A DNA stretch of 14,429 bases, taken from the NCBI GenBank assembly GCA_044376115.1, contig JBILLK010000056.1, forward strand, positions 1 through 14,429. The letters are read 5' to 3'. Positions 6,482 through 14,322 of this stretch are shown here, piece by piece. The notes below the pieces were generated by a model. That model was not told the origin of the DNA and did no database searches. It saw nothing but the letters and a program-made list of their open reading frames with translations. Origin of the DNA: Polyangiaceae bacterium (lineage in GTDB: Bacteria > Myxococcota_A > Polyangia > Polyangiales > Polyangiaceae). The position numbers and the translations under genes were made by a program. The first letter of the stretch is position 1. The number at the start of each line of letters is the position of its first letter.

Positions 6482-7276
6482 ATGAATCGAGTGAGCCGTA
6501 GCGGCGACCGAACCCACTGCGGGCCGCATCAAGAGCGTGGGGTGCTAACGGGCAGTTTGCCGCAGGTAACCGTCAACGGCCGACCCATCTTGCGAATGCA
6601 AGACCCCGGTGTTTACACGAGTGGCTGTCCCGACTCGGTCACCCCGATTCGCGTGCTCGAAGGCGCTGCAACCGTGCGCGCCGGCGGGCGGCCGATCGCG
6701 GCGGTTTTTTGCAAGACCAGCCACCCGCATAGTCCGGGGCTCGTGGTCTCCGGGAGCTTTGACGTGATGGTTGGAGGCCCCACGGTGAACGTGCTGGAGC
6801 GAGCGCGAGCGGACGGCATCGCCCAGATCGACAAGTCGCTGGCCGCGCTCGATCGTTGGAACGAGGAGGACCGAGCGAACTTCCGACGTTGGTTCGGTGA
6901 AGACTCCGAGGAGGCGCGGGCGCTTATTCGTGACCGGCTGGAGCGGATGCGTGCTCGCGCCGAAGAGGCCGAGTTCAAGCACGGCAACGAGGATGGGAGT
7001 TATGGGCACGTCTACCCGTCCAAGGTGAAAGACATCTACGTCAATGATCGCTTTTTCCAGGAAGAGGATGAGCAGGCGGGCACGGTGGTGCACGAGCTCT
7101 CGCACTTCAAGGACACCGGCCATACCGATGACGTTGAGGCGGACGTGTGTGACCCAAAGCAGACTGGCGATCGCAAATGCTACGGCCGTGGCGACGCGAA
7201 GCGTTTGGCCAAAGAGTCCCCCAAAGACGCGCAGAATAACGCCGCAAATGTCGAGTATTTTGCGATGAATTCGTGA
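6482..7276 (+). CDS. PAAR-like domain fused to an M35/aspzincin (lysine-specific-type) zinc metalloendopeptidase; putative T6SS effector
   Basis: N-terminal PAAR-like repeats (VSRSGD, VNGRPILRMQD, AGGRPIAA, SGSFDVMVGG). C-terminal FRRWFG, YGHVYP, GTVVHELSHF...GHTDD (HExxH+D), CYG...AKRLA and NNAANVEYF. Confidence 0.85.
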   Translation: MNRVSRSGDRTHCGPHQERGVLTGSLPQVTVNGRPILRMQDPGVYTSGCPDSVTPIRVLEGAATVRAGGRPIAAVFCKTSHPHSPGLVVSGSFDVMVGGPTVNVLERARADGIAQIDKSLAALDRWNEEDRANFRRWFGEDSEEARALIRDRLERMRARAEEAEFKHGNEDGSYGHVYPSKVKDIYVNDRFFQEEDEQAGTVVHELSHFKDTGHTDDVEADVCDPKQTGDRKCYGRGDAKRLAKESPKDAQNNAANVEYFAMNS

Positions 7277-7292
7277 TTCGACAGCGGGGCGC

Positions 7293-7332
7293 AAAAATAG
7301 TTGAGCAGCTTGGCCGGCGGCCTGTGATTTAG
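7293..7332 (+). promoter_or_regulatory. Putative promoter copy C (kinase operon): AAAAATAGT-TGAGCAG-N15-GTGATTTAG
   Basis: TGAGCAG 7302-7308, 15-nt spacer, GTGATTTAG 7324-7332; ATG at 7340. Confidence 0.7.
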
Positions 7333-7339
7333 GACCAGC

Positions 7340-8614
7340 ATGAACACCTCACCGCTCGATATGGAGGCAGAGTTGCGCGGCACGCCGTACGCGCACCTGC
7401 GCCCATTAGCGCTCGGCGGAATGGGCGAAGTGCACGTGGTCAAGCACCTGGCGCTGCGCGAAGAGCGCGTGATGAAGATCGTGCGCGTGCTCGCTCAAGA
7501 CGTGGAGGCGGACATCGCCAAGCGCACCTTGACCGAGGGACGCACCCTACGAGCCCTGCGTCACCCGAACATCGTTGAACTCTTGGATCTGGGCCTGAGC
7601 CGAAATGAGCGTCCGTATCTCATCACTGAGCTACTGCACGGCCGCACGCTGAAGGAGGAAGTGAGCGCACGCGGTCCGCTACCCTGGCCGGAGGTGCTCG
7701 AGATTCTTCGGCAACTGCTAAGCGGGCTGCAGGTTGCGCATGACCAGGGCATCGTCCATCGCGACATCAAGCCGTTGAACGTCTTCTACTGCGAGCCAGC
7801 CGGACCAGCTGCGCGCAGTGTGAAGATTCTGGACTTCGGGATCGCTAAGATCGTTTCGGCTTCGGCGCGCGAGCGAGCGGGCTCGGCCTTGGTGGCGACG
7901 CGCACCGGGTTCTTTATTGGCAGCCCCGCGTTTATGCCGCCGGAGCAAGTGATCGGCGGCTCGGTGGACGCTCGCGCTGACTTGTACGCGTTAGGGGCGC
8001 TCGGCTACTTCCTGCTCACCGCTGAAAACCTATTCTCGGCGCGTTCCTCGGAGGAGATGATGAAGCATCACCTCCTCGAGGACGCTCCCCGCGCGAGCCG
8101 TAAGGTTGCGGGGCTTCCCGAGGTGTTCGATGACGTCCTGTGGCAGGCGCTGCGCAAGAACCCCAACGAGCGCTTTGACTCAGCGGAGGTGATGCTCAAG
8201 GCGCTCGCGTCAACAGCCAGTGAACCCGCAAGTCGCGTCGTTGCGCCGATGCCGAGCACCGAGCCGATGCCGCAACAGCCCATGACCGAGGCCACCGTCT
8301 ATCAAGCACCGATGGCGCTTCCAAGCGCGCCGCTCCCCGCATCGGTCGTAACTGAACCGGCCGAAGAGCGAACCCAACTCCAGACCGAGCCACGCACGCA
8401 CCGAGCCACGGCGCGCGGGGGCTTTCGGGCCGTGGATAGCGACGAGGAGGTTCGGGAGCAACGCCGACAGCGCTGGCTCCTTCTCGTGTGCGGCACGTTG
8501 CTCGTCTTGATCGCCGTCTTGTCGTATTTGCTGTTGGCGGGGGCGCCCAAAGACGCCGCGAAGGTTGGCCCAAACGTGCAGCCTGGTAGGCTGCGCGGGA
8601 CTCAAACCACGTGA
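7340..8614 (+). CDS. Hanks-type Ser/Thr protein kinase with C-terminal transmembrane helix
   Basis: LALGGMGEV, VMKI, HPNIV, HRDIKPLN, DFGIAK, GSPAFMPPEQ, DLYALG; Pro-rich linker; hydrophobic WLLLVCGTLLVLIAVLSYLLL. Confidence 0.95.
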   Translation: MNTSPLDMEAELRGTPYAHLRPLALGGMGEVHVVKHLALREERVMKIVRVLAQDVEADIAKRTLTEGRTLRALRHPNIVELLDLGLSRNERPYLITELLHGRTLKEEVSARGPLPWPEVLEILRQLLSGLQVAHDQGIVHRDIKPLNVFYCEPAGPAARSVKILDFGIAKIVSASARERAGSALVATRTGFFIGSPAFMPPEQVIGGSVDARADLYALGALGYFLLTAENLFSARSSEEMMKHHLLEDAPRASRKVAGLPEVFDDVLWQALRKNPNERFDSAEVMLKALASTASEPASRVVAPMPSTEPMPQQPMTEATVYQAPMALPSAPLPASVVTEPAEERTQLQTEPRTHRATARGGFRAVDSDEEVREQRRQRWLLLVCGTLLVLIAVLSYLLLAGAPKDAAKVGPNVQPGRLRGTQTT

Positions 8615-10884
8615 TGATGCAGAACCCCTCACTCGGACCGCAGGGAACCGTTCCCTACGCGCTGCCAGCCCAAAGGCTGAAGCCGGCGACGTTTCGCGTG
8701 GTGGACACGGCCGACACCGAGCCAACACACGGTGAGCCACCGCTGCTCGATGATGTTCCTTCCGAGGCACGCGTGCTCGGCTCGTTGGCGCAGCCACGCG
8801 CGGCGACGGACAAGCCGGTCAAGGTTCCGGGCAAGAAGGTCGAGACGCTGGACTTCATCCCGGGGGAGCGCTTTCGCAACCTCGTCTTGGCGGGGCTGTT
8901 CGCTCAAGGCGGCATGTCGCTGCTGTACGAAGCAACCCACCCTGTGTCGCTCAAGCGCTTGCTGATCAAGGTGCTCAAGCCGATGTACCGGCACGAGGCT
9001 TTCAGTGCGGCGCAGAGCAAGTTGCTCGCAGAGGGCCGGCTGCTGATGGCCGCAGCCGGTCGCAACCCGTACCTCGTCCCATGTCACGACGTGGGCACGG
9101 ATGAGGCGCTTGGGCCCTTCATCGTGATCGACAAGATCGACGGTCGACCTCTCTCCGACCACATTCACAATCAGCGCGGCAAAGGCTCGTCGTTCGCCCC
9201 CGAGGTGGTGGTGACGCTGGGCATCACGCTCGCCGAGGCGCTGCATCAGATGCACGAACAGGGCGCGGTGCACCGGGACATCAAGCCGGGCAATATCTTC
9301 ATGCCCACGGTGCGGGCCGGCACGGTGCAAGCGATGTTGATCGATTGGGGCGCGGCGAAGAGCCCGTACACCGCCAACACCTCGCTCGAGGCGATGACGC
9401 TGGGCACCGCGGCCTACATGGCGCCCGAGCAGGTGACCCGCGGGCCGATCACCGGGGCGATCGACCAGTACGCGCTCGGCTTCGTGCTGTTCGAGATGTT
9501 GTGGCGCCACCCGTTCTTGGAGGACCACACCGTTGACCAGGCGACCTTGGTGCGTCGCCACCTCGGCATGGTGCCGCCCGAGCCGCCGCCGTCCTTCGTC
9601 TCCAGGCGGCTGGCCGCCATCCTCAAGCGCACGGTGGAGAAGGACTATCGTGATCGCTATCCGTCGTTGTTGGTGCTCGCCGAAGAACTGCGACGCTGGC
9701 TTGCCAACCCCGACTCGCTGGAGAAGCGGGCGCTTGCGCTGGTCGCTCCGATGCCAGCGACGATCCCCGCGAAGGGTAAGTCGCCGCGGATTGACCGCAC
9801 GCCTCCCGCGGCACCGACCGACTTGCCCGAGCCGGCACGCCGGCTCGGCGCTAGCGAGCTATCGAACAAGGCCTCCCTGATTGTCCGCAACGGCAAGCAC
9901 GCCGGAGAACGCTACGCGCTCGACGGCCGACTGGTGATTGGTCGGCATCCAGGCATGTGTCACCTGGTGCTCGATGAGGAAGGGCTATCCAAGAAGCACG
10001 CTTGCTTGGAAGGCATCGTTACGCAGCCCTCCAAACCGGTTTACAGCCTGGTGGACCTCGAGAGCACCAACGGCAGTTCGGTTGGTGGCGTGCGGCTCTC
10101 CGATGGCAGTGATGACGGGCTACCCGACGCGCTGATCGTAAGCGGCGGGGGCACCTTCGTTCTGGACAGCATCGAGATCAGCCTCATGCCCGCAGGCCGG
10201 CTCGGTCCCAGCGGAGAGTGGCAAAGCCATGAACAAGCGGTCCTTGCCGACAGCGCAGAGGCCCTGCGCCAGGAGCAGCTGGCCAAGGCCAAAGCAGCAG
10301 GGCAAGCGCAAGCGGCGCGAGCCCAAGCAGCTACACCACGTCCGCTCAAGCAAGTGCCACGCGTTGGCATGGCCGACGTCTGGCTCGCGCCCTCGCTGAT
10401 CGTCTTTCACCACGACCAAACCAAACGCCATCACTTGGAGACCACAGGAGTGATCGGAGCTTCCGCCACGCGTTCCAATCTCGTGATCGCCAATGACCGC
10501 GTCAGCGGTAGCCATCTTCGTTTCACCCAAGTGGTGGGTGGCTTTGGCGGCGGCGTGACCTTCCTATTCGAGGACCTCGGCAGCACCAATGGCACCTGGA
10601 AGGAAAGTGGCAAGACGCGCACTCGCGTTGACTCCGTGGCGCTGCACTCAGGCGAGACGCTCCTGCTTGGGACCGAGGTCGAGATCACCTTGCTCGCCCC
10701 AGGCCACATCGATCAAGCGAGTGGGCGCTTCATCCCGTGTGACTCCCACGGGCGACCGCTCGCGGTTCAACCGCCAACGCCAAAAGCCCCCGCTTGGAAG
10801 CAGATCGCCATTGTCACGATCGCAGCGCTCTCCGTCCTTGCCATCGGCCTTGCCGCGCTCGCCCTCACAGGAGGTTGGAGATGA
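8614..10884 (+). CDS. Ser/Thr protein kinase with two FHA domains and a C-terminal TM helix
   Basis: AQGGMS, LIKV, HRDIKPGN, DWG, GTAAYMAPEQ, DQYALG. FHA1 IGRH..LSKKHA..DLESTNG; FHA2 IGAS..VSGSH..EDLGSTNGT; terminal hydrophobic helix. TGATG coupling to the upstream kinase (GTG 8611 is an alternative start). Confidence 0.92.
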   Translation: MMQNPSLGPQGTVPYALPAQRLKPATFRVVDTADTEPTHGEPPLLDDVPSEARVLGSLAQPRAATDKPVKVPGKKVETLDFIPGERFRNLVLAGLFAQGGMSLLYEATHPVSLKRLLIKVLKPMYRHEAFSAAQSKLLAEGRLLMAAAGRNPYLVPCHDVGTDEALGPFIVIDKIDGRPLSDHIHNQRGKGSSFAPEVVVTLGITLAEALHQMHEQGAVHRDIKPGNIFMPTVRAGTVQAMLIDWGAAKSPYTANTSLEAMTLGTAAYMAPEQVTRGPITGAIDQYALGFVLFEMLWRHPFLEDHTVDQATLVRRHLGMVPPEPPPSFVSRRLAAILKRTVEKDYRDRYPSLLVLAEELRRWLANPDSLEKRALALVAPMPATIPAKGKSPRIDRTPPAAPTDLPEPARRLGASELSNKASLIVRNGKHAGERYALDGRLVIGRHPGMCHLVLDEEGLSKKHACLEGIVTQPSKPVYSLVDLESTNGSSVGGVRLSDGSDDGLPDALIVSGGGTFVLDSIEISLMPAGRLGPSGEWQSHEQAVLADSAEALRQEQLAKAKAAGQAQAARAQAATPRPLKQVPRVGMADVWLAPSLIVFHHDQTKRHHLETTGVIGASATRSNLVIANDRVSGSHLRFTQVVGGFGGGVTFLFEDLGSTNGTWKESGKTRTRVDSVALHSGETLLLGTEVEITLLAPGHIDQASGRFIPCDSHGRPLAVQPPTPKAPAWKQIAIVTIAALSVLAIGLAALALTGGWR

Positions 10885-11603
10885 CCCAAAAACCGAAAAC
10901 TCTACGCGGCCCCGGCCCCTCCGACCTCGACGACCTCGAGCTATCTAGCGCCGAAGCCGCCGAAGCCCAACGCAAAGGCTTCGCCGCACACGTCGCAGCG
11001 CACCCCGAGATCCAACACGCCATCAAGGCCCTCCGCGCCACCAACCCCAAACCCCTGATCGACGAACGAACCACCCTCCGCGACGCAGCCCCTCCGGCGG
11101 CGATGGAGACGCCCGGCGCAGCACCGAGCGAGCTCGACGAGCCAGCCAGCGAGCCCTCCGAGCTTGATCCCAGCGCGCCTCCCGTCCTGAGCCCCGCTCC
11201 CGAGAACAAGCGGAATCGCAAAGCACTAATCGCCCTCCTCGGCCTACTGTGCGCCCTGCCGCTCCTGTGGCTGCTTGTACGCGACAAGCCCCAGCCGGAA
11301 CCCCAGCCTAGCGCCTCCGCTAAACCCAGCGTCTCTGCCAGTGCGGCCAACACCCCGACTGAACCCAGCACGGCCCAACCGGCCGTCAGCAACCAACCGC
11401 AAACCAGCTCCACCCCATCAACCGCAACGCCTGCCAGCACAACCGCTGCGGTCGAAACCTCCCAGCCCCAAACCACCAGCCCCCAGCCCGGCAAGACGGC
11501 TGAGCCAGGGGTTACGGCGACGGCCGTAGAAACCAGCTCGCAACCGACCCCCTCGGCGAGCAGTTCGAGCAGCACGTACTTTCTAAAGAAGAGACCCCGA
11601 TGA
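10881..11603 (+). CDS. Single-pass membrane protein with Pro/Thr/Ser-rich low-complexity C-terminal region
   Basis: SD AGGAGG and ATGA overlap with the kinase stop favour ATG 10881 over 10794. KRNRK is followed by the hydrophobic ALIALLGLLCALPLLWLLV and a P/T/S-rich tail. Confidence 0.75.
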   Translation: MTQKPKTLRGPGPSDLDDLELSSAEAAEAQRKGFAAHVAAHPEIQHAIKALRATNPKPLIDERTTLRDAAPPAAMETPGAAPSELDEPASEPSELDPSAPPVLSPAPENKRNRKALIALLGLLCALPLLWLLVRDKPQPEPQPSASAKPSVSASAANTPTEPSTAQPAVSNQPQTSSTPSTATPASTTAAVETSQPQTTSPQPGKTAEPGVTATAVETSSQPTPSASSSSSTYFLKKRPR

Positions 11604-12502
11604 AAGCTAACGCACTTGTTCTTTTTGTTGGTCTCGCGCTTCCCGGCGCGGTGTTTGCGGATGCCGCAGACGACGCTTTCGAACGGGGTACTGCGTTGGG
11701 CGAGAAGGGCGCGTTTGCTGAAGCCGAGCTGGAGTTTGAGCGGGCGTGGGCGTTGCGAAAAAGTTGGGACATCGCGGGCAACTTGGGCCTTGCCGAGGCG
11801 GCGCAGAGCAAGTGGGAGGAGGCTGGCGAGCACCTGCACTACGCCATGACTCACATCGGAGCGCTTGCCGAGGAGGAGCAGCGTAAAGCCCTCGAGTCGA
11901 AGTTTAGTGAAGTGAAGACCCACGTAGGCACGGTGGCGATCAAGACAACCACGCCCGTTCGGTTGCGCATGGGTGCTCGGGAGCAGAGTTCCGAAAGTCC
12001 TCTGTTCCTAATTCCAGGCGAATACACGGTGGAATGCACACAGGAGGGTTACGAGCCAGCCACCATCAAGGTCATCTCGGTCAAAGCGGAGCTGCGGGAG
12101 TTTACGGTTTCGCTGGTGAAGAAGCTCGCGGTCCAACCGCCACCACCGGGCGAATCGAAGCCCCTATGGCCTGCTATCTTGTTGGGTGTCGCTGGTGGTG
12201 CGGGGCTGGTTGTTGGCGGCGTGGGTTTTGGCCTCGCAGCTGCAGCAGCCAGCGATGCCGATGGCTTTGCCGCACAAGCTTCGGGCGGCTGCGGGCTCGA
12301 CGGCTCCGCCTGCGGCGATCTCGGAGACGCCCTGACTCAGCACGATACCTTTCTAGGCCTTGGCGTTGGCGGCGCAATCTTCGGCGGGCTGAGTCTAATC
12401 GGCATGACGCTCTACCTTGTATTGCCGACCGAAGAGTCCTCGGTTGCGGTCAAACCCGTCGTCGGCTCGGTTAACGGACTTGTCCTTCAGGGAGACTTTT
12501 GA
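11600..12502 (+). CDS. Exported TPR plus PEGA-like domain protein of myxobacterial type
   Basis: Signal peptide (..AVFA/D); TPR-like helices (AFERG..L...G.FAEA..EFERAW..., GNLGLAE....KWEEA..HL); beta domain LFLIPGEYTVECTQEGY; two Gly-rich hydrophobic segments; terminal GLVLQGDF. ATGA coupling. Confidence 0.8.
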   Translation: MKANALVLFVGLALPGAVFADAADDAFERGTALGEKGAFAEAELEFERAWALRKSWDIAGNLGLAEAAQSKWEEAGEHLHYAMTHIGALAEEEQRKALESKFSEVKTHVGTVAIKTTTPVRLRMGAREQSSESPLFLIPGEYTVECTQEGYEPATIKVISVKAELREFTVSLVKKLAVQPPPPGESKPLWPAILLGVAGGAGLVVGGVGFGLAAAAASDADGFAAQASGGCGLDGSACGDLGDALTQHDTFLGLGVGGAIFGGLSLIGMTLYLVLPTEESSVAVKPVVGSVNGLVLQGDF

Positions 12503-14136
12503 TGATGTTTCACGCGATTCGTAGCATGGCGTTGGCTTGCTTACTGTGCAGTTGCAAAGGCACCGTTTGCGATGAGTACCCGGAGCTCTGCTATGATCCC
12601 GCTGTAGGCGGGGGAACCGCTGGCAGCGGTGGGAACGGTGGGACGGGTGGAGACGGTGGAATCGGCGGAAACGCCGGAGGCGGTGGCAATGGTGGGGATG
12701 GAGGCCAAGGCGGCGGACCGAATCCAACGTGCACGCCAACCGAAGGCGAGCCGATTGGCCCGAACTGCGGCGTGTTCGTTAACGCCGCGTCGGTAGGCGG
12801 AGACGGAAGCCAGGCAATGCCGTACAGCTCAATCACTGAAGCCGTAGCGGCGCTCGGCTCTGCGACGCATATCTATGTATGTGGCAACGAAAACTACGTT
12901 GGAAGCGTAGCCCTGCCAAGCGGCGTAGCGATGACCGGCTCCTTGGATTGCGCACAGTGGAGCTACAGCGCGTCCAACCCGAAACCGTCAATCGTTTCGG
13001 ACCCTAATTTGATTGCCCTCTCCCTCGTTGGACCAGGCGACAATCAACTTGTCTCTCTTCGAGTCGAGGGAGCGAATGCTACCGCCCCTGGTGCCTCGAG
13101 CATCGCGTTACTCGTTTCAGAGCGGACGCTCGTCGCAGACTTTCTCGAAGTTGTGGCAGGAGCAGGCGCCCCAGGAAGCCCAGGCGCCGATGCTCCTCAA
13201 ACCAATATCGGCGTTGGCCTCAACGGCAACAACGGCGGTGGCGCAGGGATTTGCAATGACAGCACGCCGGCGCCGGGGGGGCCTGGAGTAGCCAACAATG
13301 TTTGTGTGGCGGGGCTGTCCACCGGCGGCGCTGGCGGCAACGGCAACACGCTAGCGGGTGGCTCAGGAGAGATGGGCCAATCTGGCTCGCTTGGGGTTGG
13401 AGGAAGCGGCCAGCCCAATGCTGGTGGATGGTCGTGCGGCGTTGGCGTTGGCGGCGGAGGCGACAACGGCTCCGCAGGCTCCGCAGGCTCCGCAGGCTCC
13501 GCAAAGGGAAGCCTAACGGCGAACGGATTCATTGGAGACCCCGGTGGCGCAGGCGGGCCTGGAAATCCCGGTCAAGGCGGAGGCGGCGGAGGTGGCTCGA
13601 AGGGCCAAAGCGACTGCAATCTCGGAATGGTTGGCAATCAACCGAGGTCGGGTGCGGGCGGCGGCGGCGGCGGTGCCGGTGGTTGTGGTGGGGCTGGTGC
13701 CGCTGGCGGCACTTCCGGCGGGAGCAGCTTTGGCCTCGTTGTGCTTGATGCCTCAGTGACCGTTTCCAACTCGAACATTACCGCCGGAAACGCAGCAGCA
13801 GGTGGCGCTGGCGGGCTTGGGCAGCCTGGCGCCGCCGGTGGAGATGGCGGCAGTGGCGGCGACGGAGACTTGGTCAACAACATCAGCGACGCGTGCGACG
13901 GTGGAGACGGTGGAGCTGGTGGTCGGGGTGGTGGCGGTGGCGGCGGACGCGGCGGGCACAGTGCCGCTGTTGTGTTCGTAGGGGGACTGCCAACCCTGAC
14001 GAATACCCAGCTTATGGTTGGGACCCCGGGCGCTGGCGGATTGGGGCAAGGCTTCAATCCCGGCAACGCCGGGCTCGCCGGCGGCGCGTGTGAGCAAATG
14101 GACTTTGGCGGAGCCGCTGAGGCCTGTGTGAATTGA
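12502..14136 (+). CDS. Gly-rich PGRS-like surface protein, probable lipoprotein
   Basis: Signal ending LACLLCSC; GGxGGxGG repeats; Cys-containing globular segment (CGVFV..GDGS...PY.SI.EAV..IYVC); GGGGGGAGGCGG..G.GG.SGGSSFGL motif. TGATG coupling. Confidence 0.8.
   Translation: MMFHAIRSMALACLLCSCKGTVCDEYPELCYDPAVGGGTAGSGGNGGTGGDGGIGGNAGGGGNGGDGGQGGGPNPTCTPTEGEPIGPNCGVFVNAASVGGDGSQAMPYSSITEAVAALGSATHIYVCGNENYVGSVALPSGVAMTGSLDCAQWSYSASNPKPSIVSDPNLIALSLVGPGDNQLVSLRVEGANATAPGASSIALLVSERTLVADFLEVVAGAGAPGSPGADAPQTNIGVGLNGNNGGGAGICNDSTPAPGGPGVANNVCVAGLSTGGAGGNGNTLAGGSGEMGQSGSLGVGGSGQPNAGGWSCGVGVGGGGDNGSAGSAGSAGSAKGSLTANGFIGDPGGAGGPGNPGQGGGGGGGSKGQSDCNLGMVGNQPRSGAGGGGGGAGGCGGAGAAGGTSGGSSFGLVVLDASVTVSNSNITAGNAAAGGAGGLGQPGAAGGDGGSGGDGDLVNNISDACDGGDGGAGGRGGGGGGGRGGHSAAVVFVGGLPTLTNTQLMVGTPGAGGLGQGFNPGNAGLAGGACEQMDFGGAAEACVN
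13468..13503 (+). repeat. Perfect 9-bp tandem repeat (GGCTCCGCA)x4 encoding (Gly-Ser-Ala)4
   Basis: Read directly from the sequence. Confidence 0.9.
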
Positions 14137-14154
14137 GCCTGCGTAATCCTAGCG

Positions 14155-14191
14155 AATAGCTGAGCAGTCCGAGCACGACCGGGTGATTTAG
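14155..14191 (+). promoter_or_regulatory. Putative promoter copy D: AATAGC-TGAGCAG-N15-GTGATTTAG
   Basis: TGAGCAG 14161-14167, 15-nt spacer, GTGATTTAG 14183-14191; an ATG follows at 14196. Confidence 0.65.
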
Positions 14192-14271
14192 ACCCATGAC
14201 GCTCGAATCCGGTCGTTGTGCTCACCGGAGGTTCTCAATCGCAACACAGTGCCATTCTGAGTGCGCAGTTC

Positions 14272-14322
14272 CCCCGCGTGAGCGCAGTCTTTTGCGTAGC
14301 AAAAGCAAGTCCACGCTTGGGG
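14272..14322. repeat. Imperfect hairpin immediately upstream of the intron
   Basis: CCCCGCGTG (14272-14280) pairs with CACGC-TT-GGGG (14312-14322); inner stem CTTTTGC-GTA-GCAAAAG (14289-14305). Confidence 0.7.

Noticed and set aside
7070..7076. Isolated TGAGCAG boxes inside coding regions (also near 215 and 5896)
   Set aside because: They have no second box at 15 nt and no upstream A tract, so they were treated as chance matches.
10865..11923. Long antisense ORF (352 aa) and other shadow ORFs such as 8629-9561, 6545-7294 and 13638-14225
   Set aside because: They lie opposite well-supported genes in GC-rich or low-complexity DNA and carry no motifs.
14261..14265. GTGCG at 14261 as the intron 5' boundary
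   Set aside because: Spacing to GGCATG and GGGTGAAAGTCCC fits TTGCG at 14323 far better.
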